A stretch of 64,000 bases of DNA from the NCBI GenBank assembly GCA_027622665.1, contig JAQBYT010000001.1:352001-416000 (forward strand), read 5' to 3'. Both the position numbers and the translations under genes were made by a program. The stretch's first letter is position 1, and each line of letters starts with the position of its first letter. The stretch is from Verrucomicrobiota bacterium. GTDB taxonomy: Bacteria > Verrucomicrobiota > Verrucomicrobiia > Opitutales > Seribacteraceae. A model generated the notes under the pieces. It had not been told where the DNA came from. It made no database searches and saw only the letters and a program-made list of their open reading frames with translations. Below, piece by piece: positions 30,348 to 39,670 of this stretch.

Positions 30348-32372
30348 ATGGACGAAGCACTTACCCAAACGATAGACAAGGCTCTTACATCCGGAGAGCT
30401 CATGGATGCGGCAGCAAACAACCTCCGGTCTTGGTTGAGCACCGAACGGTTGAGCGATTGGGCTTCTCGCTCAATAGAACAATTGATAAATGCCGGAGAA
30501 TGGACCGAAATCAACGATAGGTTTCACAAGAATCTGGCATTTGGTACAGGCGGAATTCGAGGCCGTACTATCGGTCGAGTACTAACCAGCGCCGAGCGTG
30601 GGGAAACCAAAGGCAAATCCAGTCCGGAGCATGCTGCAGTCGGTTCGAACACTTTGAACGATTATACCGTGGTGCGAGCAACGATGGCACTGCACGGTTA
30701 TATTAGCACATGGATGGCATCGGAGGGAGTTTTGGATGTTCCTCGAATTGTTATTGCCCACGACGTACGTCATTTTTCACGTCACTTTTGTGAGTTGGCG
30801 GCTTCAACGTGGAGTGCTTTGGGTGGCTACGCTATGGTGTTCGACGGACCGCGCTCTACGCCTCAACTCAGCTTTACCGTACGACTGAGGTATGCACATG
30901 CAGGTATTGTCATTACGGCCAGCCACAATCCACCTCACGACAATGGGTTTAAGGCTTATTTTGTCGATGGCGCTCAAGTTGTACCGCCGCATGCGGGAGC
31001 AATTGTAGATCGGTATTCCAAGCTAACGCTTCAAGACACGGTCCCATTGGTTGTTTCAGCTGGCGAAGCCGAAAGCCCCCCCTTTACCGTCCTTCCCGCG
31101 GGCGACGACCTCGCTTATCGCGCTGCTCTCGAGGAGGCCGTTCTTGACGCAGAACTACTCAAGGAACATTGCCCTAAAATTGTTTTTACGCCCATTCACG
31201 GAACTGGCGGGATCGCTGCGATTCCATCTCTTTGGGATCACGGAGTGGAGGTGGCTTCAGTAGACGAGCAAGCGAGTCCGGATCCCAACTTTTCTACGGT
31301 AAAGTCGCCAAATCCCGAAAACCCCGAGGCCCTAAAACAGGGGATATCCTTGGCGCATAAAATTAAGGCCAAAGCCGTGATAGCCAGTGATCCGGATGGG
31401 GACCGAATTGGTGTAGCGGTTTTTAACGGGAAGGATCGGTTTGAGTGTCTTACCGGAAATCAAGTTGGGTGTATGTTGGCGGAATATCGAATCTCTAAGC
31501 TAAAGAAACTGGGAGTGCTTCCGGAGGCGGGATCCCCGAATGCCGTCATTCTCAAAACTTTCGTGACAAGTCCTATGATGGAGGCAATTGCACTTAAAAA
31601 CGGAATCCGTTGTGTTAACACCCTCACCGGCTTCAAATGGATATCTGAAAAAATTGGTGATTATGAGGATGTTGCCACCACGGCCTTGCGAGAAAATGAA
31701 GGTATTGCTTGGGATTACGACAACACAGATTTTCACACAAGGGCAGAAATACTCCAAAGGTACTCGACGTTCACCGTTTTTGCAGCAGAAGAAAGTTTTG
31801 GGTATTTGCCCTTGGATATTGTTCGAGATAAAGACGGAAACGCAGCGGCCCTAGCCTGTGCAGAACTACTTGCCCACCTAGAACTTACGAAGTCATCAGC
31901 ATTGGAATACCTAGAATATTTATATCTTAAGTACGGCTATTTCGAAGAACAAACAGTTAATCTTTATTTTGAAGGGGTAAAGGGTGCTGCAATAATTAAA
32001 AAAATAATTGACTCATATTCCAAAAATGAACCTACAAAGATCACCGATATTATCGTAAAAAAAGTAAGAAATTTTGGAAAACCGGGTTATCTTGACGAAG
32101 ATGGCAAACCCGTACCGGTCGAAAACTTTTTTATCTTCGAACTTGAAGATGGTTTTTCAATTGCCGTTAGAGCCAGTGGTACCGAACCCAAGATAAAGTA
32201 CTACCTGTTTGGTCAATCTAAGGTCGTTGGAGGGAATGGTCTTTCTGCGGCTAAGTCAGAAGTCGGAGAAAAACTAAAGTCTTTGGCAGACTGGGCAAAT
32301 AGGGATGCCCATGAACGCGGCGAAGTGGAGTCCGGAAGTAAAGACAACGGCGAAGAACAAAGCCAATCGTGA
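30348..32372 (+). CDS. Phosphoglucomutase/phosphomannomutase family
   Basis: LAFGTGGIRG, ITASHNP, metal loop DPDGDR, TLTGFKW, EESFG, RDKDG, RASGTEPKIKYY. Confidence 0.95.
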   Translation: MDEALTQTIDKALTSGELMDAAANNLRSWLSTERLSDWASRSIEQLINAGEWTEINDRFHKNLAFGTGGIRGRTIGRVLTSAERGETKGKSSPEHAAVGSNTLNDYTVVRATMALHGYISTWMASEGVLDVPRIVIAHDVRHFSRHFCELAASTWSALGGYAMVFDGPRSTPQLSFTVRLRYAHAGIVITASHNPPHDNGFKAYFVDGAQVVPPHAGAIVDRYSKLTLQDTVPLVVSAGEAESPPFTVLPAGDDLAYRAALEEAVLDAELLKEHCPKIVFTPIHGTGGIAAIPSLWDHGVEVASVDEQASPDPNFSTVKSPNPENPEALKQGISLAHKIKAKAVIASDPDGDRIGVAVFNGKDRFECLTGNQVGCMLAEYRISKLKKLGVLPEAGSPNAVILKTFVTSPMMEAIALKNGIRCVNTLTGFKWISEKIGDYEDVATTALRENEGIAWDYDNTDFHTRAEILQRYSTFTVFAAEESFGYLPLDIVRDKDGNAAALACAELLAHLELTKSSALEYLEYLYLKYGYFEEQTVNLYFEGVKGAAIIKKIIDSYSKNEPTKITDIIVKKVRNFGKPGYLDEDGKPVPVENFFIFELEDGFSIAVRASGTEPKIKYYLFGQSKVVGGNGLSAAKSEVGEKLKSLADWANRDAHERGEVESGSKDNGEEQSQS

Positions 32373-32427
32373 TCGGAATGAAAAATAACTGCCTCTTGCC
32401 AGAGAAAGCAATTCAAGCAAAGATTAC

Positions 32428-33708
32428 CTAAACTAGCATCAATGTGGGACTTTCCAATATTTCAGCGAGAGCTTTGAGATAAGATGCTCCGATTGCACCG
32501 TCAACCACTCGATGGTCGCAACTAAGCCCAAGCATCATCCGGCGACCCGGAACAATTCTTCCGAGGTCGTCTACTATGGGTTTTGTTTTAGTCGCTCCAA
32601 CTGAAAGAACGGCTGCATTTGGCGGATTAATGATACCGCTGAAGAAATCGACACCATACATTCCGAGGTTGGTTACGGTAAAGGTCGAGCCACTCATTTC
32701 CTCGGGCGACAACTTTTGGGTGCGTGCTTTTGAAATGAGTTGCTTGGTCTCGACGGACAGGGAACGCAGAAGTTTAGTTTCGGCGTTGTGAATAACCGGA
32801 GTTATGAGTCCATCCTCAACGGCTACACTGAAGGCAAGATGTACCGCACCATGCTGTTTGATGTGATCGCCTTCCCAGGAAGCATTGATCTCCGGCACCC
32901 AACTAATGGCTTCGGCACTGGCTTTAAGAACGAGATCGTTTATCGTAACCTTAAAACCCCCGAGGTCGGGCGGCAGTTTGGAAAATTTCTTGTTTATTGC
33001 GATACGTGCATCGAGCAATGGACCGACATTGATTTCACATTGGAGATAAAAATGTGGAATCTGCGTCTTTGACTCGATCAGGCTAACTGCAATATTCTCT
33101 CGTCTCTGAGAAATGGGAATGACCTTTTCTTGAAGTTGAGGCTTATCATCATTCCCCGATTTCTCAGAACATAAGGTTTCTTCATCGTTGGAAACCGTCG
33201 AATCTGCATTATCTTTAGCAAAGGACTTGATTAATGTATCGGTATGAGGATCTTTATCGCTAAAGGGCATAGGCGACGCCGATTCGTTTATCTCTTTCGA
33301 GTCATCACAAAACGATGACTCGCCCTCCTCCCCATTGTCCGTTTTCTCGGTAAGCTGAGTTGGTTCTTCGCAGGAGGCGGTCGACGCCGAGCCATCTTCT
33401 GCAAGAGCTGACCCTGCAGAGGCGTTATCCCAAGACGAGACTAAAGCCTCGTCCTCCACTTCTCGCTCCTCGTCGGTTTTTTCTGGGATCGACTCTGTGT
33501 CCTCGCCGGAAACCGTATGATCTGAATTGCCTTCCTCCGGCGGTGATTCGCCCGTCTTCGGAGCATCATCTAATGATTTGTCGACTGTATCGCATTCTTG
33601 TTTTTCTTGATCCTCCCCATCCTTTTTATCTGGAGCTGGGCTTGGGCTCTCTTCCCCAAAGACTGAGGGAGGTGCTTCGATAACGGTGTCGTGGTGTAGG
33701 CCTTCCAT
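32428..33708 (-). CDS. 2-oxoacid dehydrogenase E2 catalytic domain with an acidic N-terminal extension; no lipoyl domain
   Basis: SKTQIPHFY, GLITPVI, GSTFTVTNLGMYG, IINPP, LSCDHRVVDGA. The first ~190 aa are acidic and low-complexity. Confidence 0.88.
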   Translation of the reverse strand: MEGLHHDTVIEAPPSVFGEESPSPAPDKKDGEDQEKQECDTVDKSLDDAPKTGESPPEEGNSDHTVSGEDTESIPEKTDEEREVEDEALVSSWDNASAGSALAEDGSASTASCEEPTQLTEKTDNGEEGESSFCDDSKEINESASPMPFSDKDPHTDTLIKSFAKDNADSTVSNDEETLCSEKSGNDDKPQLQEKVIPISQRRENIAVSLIESKTQIPHFYLQCEINVGPLLDARIAINKKFSKLPPDLGGFKVTINDLVLKASAEAISWVPEINASWEGDHIKQHGAVHLAFSVAVEDGLITPVIHNAETKLLRSLSVETKQLISKARTQKLSPEEMSGSTFTVTNLGMYGVDFFSGIINPPNAAVLSVGATKTKPIVDDLGRIVPGRRMMLGLSCDHRVVDGAIGASYLKALAEILESPTLMLV

Positions 33709-33759
33709 GTCTTTTTTTTAGGCGTAAATCGCAAGTGTGCGGTCAAAGGTTATAAGTTA

Positions 33760-34269
33760 CTAATGTGGAGGGGCAAGGGGGGGGGATTCAACTAAAATTT
33801 TCGGGTAGTCCGGCTCGGAAAAATCGGCTCGCAATGCGGCGAATTCGCCGTGTCTCTTGTCATAAATTGGCCACACAAGAAGGTGGTCGGTTTCTGGAAT
33901 CGTCAAATTATCAACATCTTCACGATCGAACCACGCGAATGTGCCTTCGGGCCCATCGGGCGGCAAATCGTTTAGCGAAGCAAGGCAATCGAAGAGAAAC
34001 ATCAACCAGTGACCAGAGCCTTCGTAATTCTTTTCGGAGATGTATGCGAATAGCCTTAGATCTTTTTCGTCAATTTTCATGCCCGTCTCCTCTAAGGTTT
34101 CGCGAATGGCGCATTCGAAAGGAGATTCACCTATGAAGAAATCTAGTTTACCGCCGATCGGGCTCCACCTGCCGAGGTTTGGAGCCCTAGACCGTTTTAG
34201 AAGAAGTAACTCCCCCTTGCCATTTCTAATAAATACTAGCGTAGAGATGCGAAATGGAACTTTTTGCAT
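33760..34269 (-). CDS. NUDIX hydrolase (MutT-like)
   Basis: Nudix box GGKLD...GESPFECAIRETLEETG. ATG at 34269 chosen as start. Confidence 0.88.
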   Translation of the reverse strand: MQKVPFRISTLVFIRNGKGELLLLKRSRAPNLGRWSPIGGKLDFFIGESPFECAIRETLEETGMKIDEKDLRLFAYISEKNYEGSGHWLMFLFDCLASLNDLPPDGPEGTFAWFDREDVDNLTIPETDHLLVWPIYDKRHGEFAALRADFSEPDYPKILVESPPLAPPH

Positions 34270-34384
34270 GGATGCTAACTGTAGAGGAAAATACAAATTG
34301 AATGAGTAAGTATTGCTCTCACGAGATTTATATTGAATTAAAAATCAAGTTGAATTTTGAAAATCTCCGATCTACAACTGTTTA

Positions 34385-35068
34385 ATGAAATCCCAACATT
34401 ACATACTATCCCTTGTCCTAGGAATCATTTTCTTCTGTTCCCGCCTTGTTGCCGCCCCGGGCTTCGGTAAACTCCCAAAGCCTGACGAGCTTGTTTCCCT
34501 AGACGCCGTTACTCTGCAGACGAGCACCGGCAAATGGTTCACCGTGACAGTCAGTTTTACTCCGAGAAAACATCCCAACCCCGAAAAGGCTTTCAATGAG
34601 GATTTCATAGATGACGTGAAGTTGGATCTTTATATTTGCTTGCGCAATAATTCTCGTGAAAAAAAATTCAAGAGGGAACGGAAAAGGGACTTCATTGAGG
34701 CCGACCTGTATGACTATTACCATTCCAGCGTCGAAATTATCACTCTCAAGGTAGACAACATTCGAAAGGAATTACATTTCCTTATCTCGAACGAATTAGC
34801 AGAACGAGATGGCTTTAATCGAACAGTTAAGCCGGTCGGTCATATCGTGGAGATGACCCTAGGTGGGGTGCCCATCGCATTTAAGGAAGGAATAGTTTTT
34901 GAAAAGCATCGCCAAGAAAGCATCCTCGAAAAATTCAAAGAATTTGCCCAATCGAAGTCCAAGGCGAACGAGGGTTTATTGCTGCCCGCTCATTTGGTGA
35001 GCGCAAACTACTTGTCAAACGCACCGGCAGTAAAGATTGGTCCAAGCTCTTCTGCTTCGGGGCTCTGA
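34385..35068 (+). CDS. Secreted protein, probable Amuc_1102-like pilus-cluster protein
   Basis: Signal peptide; first gene of the PilM-secretin operon, matching the Akkermansia Amuc_1102 position; W-x-x-V-x-V-x-F...FIDDV pattern. Confidence 0.55.
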   Translation: MKSQHYILSLVLGIIFFCSRLVAAPGFGKLPKPDELVSLDAVTLQTSTGKWFTVTVSFTPRKHPNPEKAFNEDFIDDVKLDLYICLRNNSREKKFKRERKRDFIEADLYDYYHSSVEIITLKVDNIRKELHFLISNELAERDGFNRTVKPVGHIVEMTLGGVPIAFKEGIVFEKHRQESILEKFKEFAQSKSKANEGLLLPAHLVSANYLSNAPAVKIGPSSSASGL

Positions 35069-35120
35069 TCAGAACCTCTTTCGACAAGCACCCGAACAAA
35101 GTTTTTTCAGCCAGCCTAGA

Positions 35121-36881
35121 GTGAAACCAATCCGCAAAACAATTGTAAATTGCGGAGTGAGCCATGTCTCGGCGTGTGTTTTTGCGAAGGAGGACGACGG
35201 CACCTTGGTTTTAGAACAGACGGAGACGGAGAATCTGCAGTATGACTATTCCAACGATAGTCTATGGCTTGATGCACTTGCCGGTGGCCTTGAAAAACTC
35301 GTTGCCCGCGGAATTGGCAAGGGAGAGGCCCATTTTATTTTGCCTGGCAGTCTTTTGCTGACGAAAACGATTCGAGCTCCACGCGTAGAAGAGAGCAAAC
35401 AGCGACAAATAGTTGCCTTCGAGTTGCAGCAAAAGATGCCATATCCCCTGGCCGAATTAATTTGGGACTATCAGGTCGTTGAGGATGATGGAGTGGAGCA
35501 GGAGGTTTTGGCCATAGCCGTTCGCCCTGCGATCGCGGAATCCTTTTGCGAAAAAGTCGATGCATTGGGTCTCAATCCCGTCGAATTGAGCGCAGCCTCC
35601 ATACTCGACTACAATGCACTAAGGCATTCTCTGCTGGAAATGAGGGGCGAGGAGACACTTGTAATTAATATCGGGGCCAAGTCCACAAATCTTCTTTTCA
35701 TAAATCCAGAGGGCTTTCTCATTCGCAACATTGCCCTTGGCGGTAACTCACTAACCCAGCATGTCGCCGATAGCATAGGAGTGCCCTTCACCAAGGCGGA
35801 ACAAGTAAAGAAATCTTTTTTTTCCGGCGAGGTGGCTTTCTCTTCCGATGATCCCGCAGTACAGGTTCTAGAGAAAAATGCCGAACAATTCAAAGCTCGC
35901 TTGAGTCAAGAAGTAACTCGTTCCGTTGTTACTTACAAACGCTTAAAGAAAGGCAAATCACCGACCAGAGTTTTTCTCTGCGGAAAGGGTTCCTTGCTCC
36001 CGGGCCTTCCTGAATATTTAAGCCAAAAACAGGCTTTGGCGGTAGATTATTTCGATCCTTTGCGCGCCGTTAAAATAGGATCCCAAATAGACCCTGAAAT
36101 ATTACCACAACTGCCATTTATGTTGAGTGAAGTGGTGGGAGAGGCTTGTCGAGTTTTTGCGGTAGGTGAGACAACATCTTATCGTGGCATAAATTTGCTA
36201 CCCAAAGACAAGCTGGCTCATATGACCATCCGCAAAAAGCGCTGGTGGTTGGCCGCCGCCGCCGTGATTCTATCGCTTGTTCCCCTTCCGTCTGTCATTG
36301 GGACGATGACGGAGTTGTCTCAAGCCGAACAAATGCTTGCCGAAAAAAAAGGTCAGTTGCGCCAAAAACAACTGGAAGTTTCAGAACAGGTAGAAAAGCA
36401 ACAGGGGTTGCTTGCCCTTGACCATTTTGCGAGAGCGATAGACAAAGAAATTTCGCCGTTACAAACCGTAAGTTCAGGGGCTGACAATTGGCGTCTATTG
36501 CTGTCTGACCTGCAGACGCTAATTATAAATGAAGCTCGCGAGGTCTGGCTTGATGAACTTTATGTCCAACGGGAAGCAAGCGGCAGCAAAAAGCCCGTTC
36601 GAGGGCGTGCGAGTAAAGATCAAAACTTAAAACCGAATCGGGTGCTTGTCCTGAACGGTCGCTTTCTTGTCCGCGATCTGGAAAACGAATCGAGTCGTGA
36701 AAACTTGATTCAGATTAACAGTGCTCGCCAAAAGGCGCTTACGGAAAGCCTCGAACGGTGCGAATTCGCCAAAAAGATTTTAAACAAGCAATTCGAAACC
36801 GAAGGGAGAGGAGACCTCTTCAATCGTTTCTATACTTACTTTCACTTCGAAATCGAATTGAAAGGGGAACGCTCCTTATAG
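35121..36881 (+). CDS. pilM: PilM-like actin-fold assembly protein fused to a PilN-like TM/coiled-coil domain (Amuc_1101-like)
   Basis: VNCGVSHV, FELQQKMPYPLAELIWDY, INIGAKSTN, RNIALGGNSLT, KAEQVK, CGKGS; then INLLP, TM helix, coiled coil, VWLDEL. GTG at 35121 chosen as start. Confidence 0.85.
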   Translation: MKPIRKTIVNCGVSHVSACVFAKEDDGTLVLEQTETENLQYDYSNDSLWLDALAGGLEKLVARGIGKGEAHFILPGSLLLTKTIRAPRVEESKQRQIVAFELQQKMPYPLAELIWDYQVVEDDGVEQEVLAIAVRPAIAESFCEKVDALGLNPVELSAASILDYNALRHSLLEMRGEETLVINIGAKSTNLLFINPEGFLIRNIALGGNSLTQHVADSIGVPFTKAEQVKKSFFSGEVAFSSDDPAVQVLEKNAEQFKARLSQEVTRSVVTYKRLKKGKSPTRVFLCGKGSLLPGLPEYLSQKQALAVDYFDPLRAVKIGSQIDPEILPQLPFMLSEVVGEACRVFAVGETTSYRGINLLPKDKLAHMTIRKKRWWLAAAAVILSLVPLPSVIGTMTELSQAEQMLAEKKGQLRQKQLEVSEQVEKQQGLLALDHFARAIDKEISPLQTVSSGADNWRLLLSDLQTLIINEAREVWLDELYVQREASGSKKPVRGRASKDQNLKPNRVLVLNGRFLVRDLENESSRENLIQINSARQKALTESLERCEFAKKILNKQFETEGRGDLFNRFYTYFHFEIELKGERSL

Positions 36882-36909
36882 TTTTAAACTTTCCGCATCT
36901 CGCATCTTG

Positions 36910-38145
36910 ATGAAAAGCCTCCTAAGGGGAAACCTTTACCTTATAACCTTTGCCATTTTGGCAGGAGGAGTTTTTGCGTCTTTGTCGATGTTGTCATGCA
37001 ACCAGACGGAGGGTTTGGATGAGGTTATTGGGGAAATAGAGTCACTCGACCGAGATTTGGCTAAGGAAATAGATGACGGAGCGGGATTTGGATGGATCGA
37101 AGCCAACTTGGACTTGGCTCGAGAAGACAATAAAAACCTTTTGGACAAGCGAGCTCGTGAACTCAAGAAGTGGAGGGAGATTTTGGGGAGAGATGATGTG
37201 TTTGCAGGTGTCGAAAAGAAGGCATCCGACGATGTGAATGCTGAAATTTCTCGTTTTTTGGATCTCTACCGTAAAGAAGCTGGCGAATATAGCGTAAAGA
37301 TTAAGGGAGCCCTAAAAACGAGCACAGACGAACCCAAAGGACTGTTCCCGAGCGAAGACATTTTCTTAGGAGAGAATCGAGAGGGCTTTGGGTTCGCCGG
37401 ATACGATGGTTCTTGGCCAAGCATTTCCGATAAAGAAGCTCGTGAGCTTCTGAAGCAAAAACTGATTGCGGAAAAGCTTTTGCTAACTCTTTTCAAGGCC
37501 AAAGAGAATGGGGAGCCCATGGAGTTACTGGGCATTCGCCGTGAGCCCGTCGGAGATGTCGATCGAGAGCGAATAGCCGACGAGGCCTTGAGTGTGGATT
37601 CGCTAGCCAATGTTCTCGCCAAGCGAGAAGGGAGCATCGAGACTTATGCATTTGAGGTGAATTTTCTGGCGCGAACGAGCACCCTCCGCACTTTCTTAAA
37701 TAGTCTCCAATATCCTTTTCTTGTTCGGGATATCTCAGTAAGACGATTGGAAAATAGTTCTTCCGGTTTTACGGCAACCAACAATACGGGCTTTAACAGC
37801 CCTTTTGGGCCCAGCTCCGATAATATTGCATTAAATTCCAAAACTCTTCCGATCATCAAGGACGTGGGCTCCCGGTTTTCTATTTTAGTAGAGTATGTTT
37901 TGGCAGTTCACGCAGACTTGGATTTGCTGAAGCCTCTTTGCTCTAGTAATCTGCTTGCAGAATGCACTTTAGCCATAGATGACATTGAGGAGGTCTCGGA
38001 AGCCGACGAGAAGCTAAAGGCCTTTCTTCGACGTCATTATCCATGGAGCCCCCCACCTTCCGGCTCCATTTCCGACTTGTTAACGGTATTGGGTTCGGAG
38101 AAAGAGGCAAAATATTTCCTTAAACAGATTTCCGGCAACAAATAA
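36910..38145 (+). CDS. Amuc_1100-like (PilO-type) pilus-cluster protein
   Basis: N-terminal TM and coiled coil, GFGFAGY, FEVNFLARTSTLRTFLNSL...FLVRDISV; third gene of the operon. Confidence 0.7.
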   Translation: MKSLLRGNLYLITFAILAGGVFASLSMLSCNQTEGLDEVIGEIESLDRDLAKEIDDGAGFGWIEANLDLAREDNKNLLDKRARELKKWREILGRDDVFAGVEKKASDDVNAEISRFLDLYRKEAGEYSVKIKGALKTSTDEPKGLFPSEDIFLGENREGFGFAGYDGSWPSISDKEARELLKQKLIAEKLLLTLFKAKENGEPMELLGIRREPVGDVDRERIADEALSVDSLANVLAKREGSIETYAFEVNFLARTSTLRTFLNSLQYPFLVRDISVRRLENSSSGFTATNNTGFNSPFGPSSDNIALNSKTLPIIKDVGSRFSILVEYVLAVHADLDLLKPLCSSNLLAECTLAIDDIEEVSEADEKLKAFLRRHYPWSPPPSGSISDLLTVLGSEKEAKYFLKQISGNK

Positions 38146-38150
38146 TCCTC

Positions 38151-39503
38151 GTGAAAAAGTTCCTTGAAGCAAACTATGAAAAGATAGCGGTAGGCATGTC
38201 TTTGCTGGTTCTAGGTATATTTGCCTTACTTTCGTTGTTGGGAGATGACCGCCGCGAGTCCGAATCATTTCGTGGGGAGAACGGGGCAACTCTTGTAAAA
38301 AAAGAACGCCACCAGAAAGAGTCTGAGGAAACTCCTGGCGTTATTATTCTAGAAACGAAAACTCCACATGGTTTGATGCCCGAAGAACTCGTAATTATAG
38401 ACGGAGCCGAACCGGAATTTTTTAACGGGAACTTTACTGTAGAAACCATCCTTTTTCCAAAAAAAGATACCAAGGTCACGCTTCTTCTTTCTGACGGAAA
38501 CATCATTTCGGGAATACTTAAGCAGTCCGGTGCAAAACCACTGGAATTAACGAAGGAATGGCGTACGGAATCCGGTTTTCTTAAATTAAGAACGGAGGAT
38601 GGAAAGGATCAAGATTTTCGGATCGCGGCGCTTGAGCAGGTTTGGGGCTCCACAGTGCTTAAGATTGCGACGCACAATGACGAAGGAGAGGAGTCCGAGG
38701 GCGATTTTGCTATACAGACTTATCAACAACGAGGAGCAGTTGCCGAAAAAAGCGAGTCGACCAGTAGTGCCAAATGGGTCGAGTCGTCTTCGCCAAAGGA
38801 TGGAGAGCCAAGCTACGATCTCTTTACTCCCCCTGTTCTTTACGTAGTGAACGGTCGCCTCGAAACCAGTTTGCCCGAAGATGCAAAACCAGAAAAACCT
38901 CCGGAGGCATTCGGGCTTCGCCTTACAGCATTTGAGAAAGTTCCCTACAGGTTTCGAATTCGCAGTTGGATTGGGAAAAGTCCTTATCTTGAAGACCTCC
39001 GGCACGAATTTCCGCCCAGTTCAGGTCGTTTTGTCCGCAACAAGTTGGAATTGCGAGTACCCTACAAGGAAAATCCAAATTACAAGCCTGGATACGGGGA
39101 ATCTTTGATTCCGACGAATGTCGAAGATACGAACAAAATGGTCATGGTGGATGCTTTTGTCGTGCAACAAGTGCGAGATCCCAAAACGGGTGGAGTTCGG
39201 TCCGTTGGAAGAGTATTGATTAAGGATTTTCGACTCTTGGGGAAGCCATTTGAAATAAATAGCTTCATGGACGAAACCCACGCGGGACAGTATCGCATTT
39301 CCGTCGAATCCACCTCGAAGGAAAGCGGTGCCGAAAAATTCACCTTTGATCAAAATTCGACGAATACTTCGTTTCGTCTCGCGATGCGTGAGTACAAGAT
39401 TTTGAAAATAGATCTTGTTAAATCTCGAGTTAATCTTGAAAAAAAAGCTCTCGACCCTCCCGAACTTCAGAGCGAATGGCTTAGCCTGCTTGTCGACAAA
39501 TGA
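38151..39503 (+). CDS. Amuc_1099-like pilus-cluster membrane protein
   Basis: N-terminus NYEK plus TM helix; YDLFTPP and FGLRL...PYRF motifs; immediately precedes the secretin. Confidence 0.6.
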   Translation: MKKFLEANYEKIAVGMSLLVLGIFALLSLLGDDRRESESFRGENGATLVKKERHQKESEETPGVIILETKTPHGLMPEELVIIDGAEPEFFNGNFTVETILFPKKDTKVTLLLSDGNIISGILKQSGAKPLELTKEWRTESGFLKLRTEDGKDQDFRIAALEQVWGSTVLKIATHNDEGEESEGDFAIQTYQQRGAVAEKSESTSSAKWVESSSPKDGEPSYDLFTPPVLYVVNGRLETSLPEDAKPEKPPEAFGLRLTAFEKVPYRFRIRSWIGKSPYLEDLRHEFPPSSGRFVRNKLELRVPYKENPNYKPGYGESLIPTNVEDTNKMVMVDAFVVQQVRDPKTGGVRSVGRVLIKDFRLLGKPFEINSFMDETHAGQYRISVESTSKESGAEKFTFDQNSTNTSFRLAMREYKILKIDLVKSRVNLEKKALDPPELQSEWLSLLVDK

Positions 39504-39670
39504 TTGTTTCGGAAAATGATCAGTGGATACGAAACAACCATTTTTACAGAGAAAAGGTTTCTATTTTGGAAGTTGACCCCGCAGATCTAAAACTGTTCCT
39601 TAATTGACAGGAATTATCAAGCTTTTTGAGCGTATCTCTTCTTTTTAACTCCATACACCTATGCCCGTAG

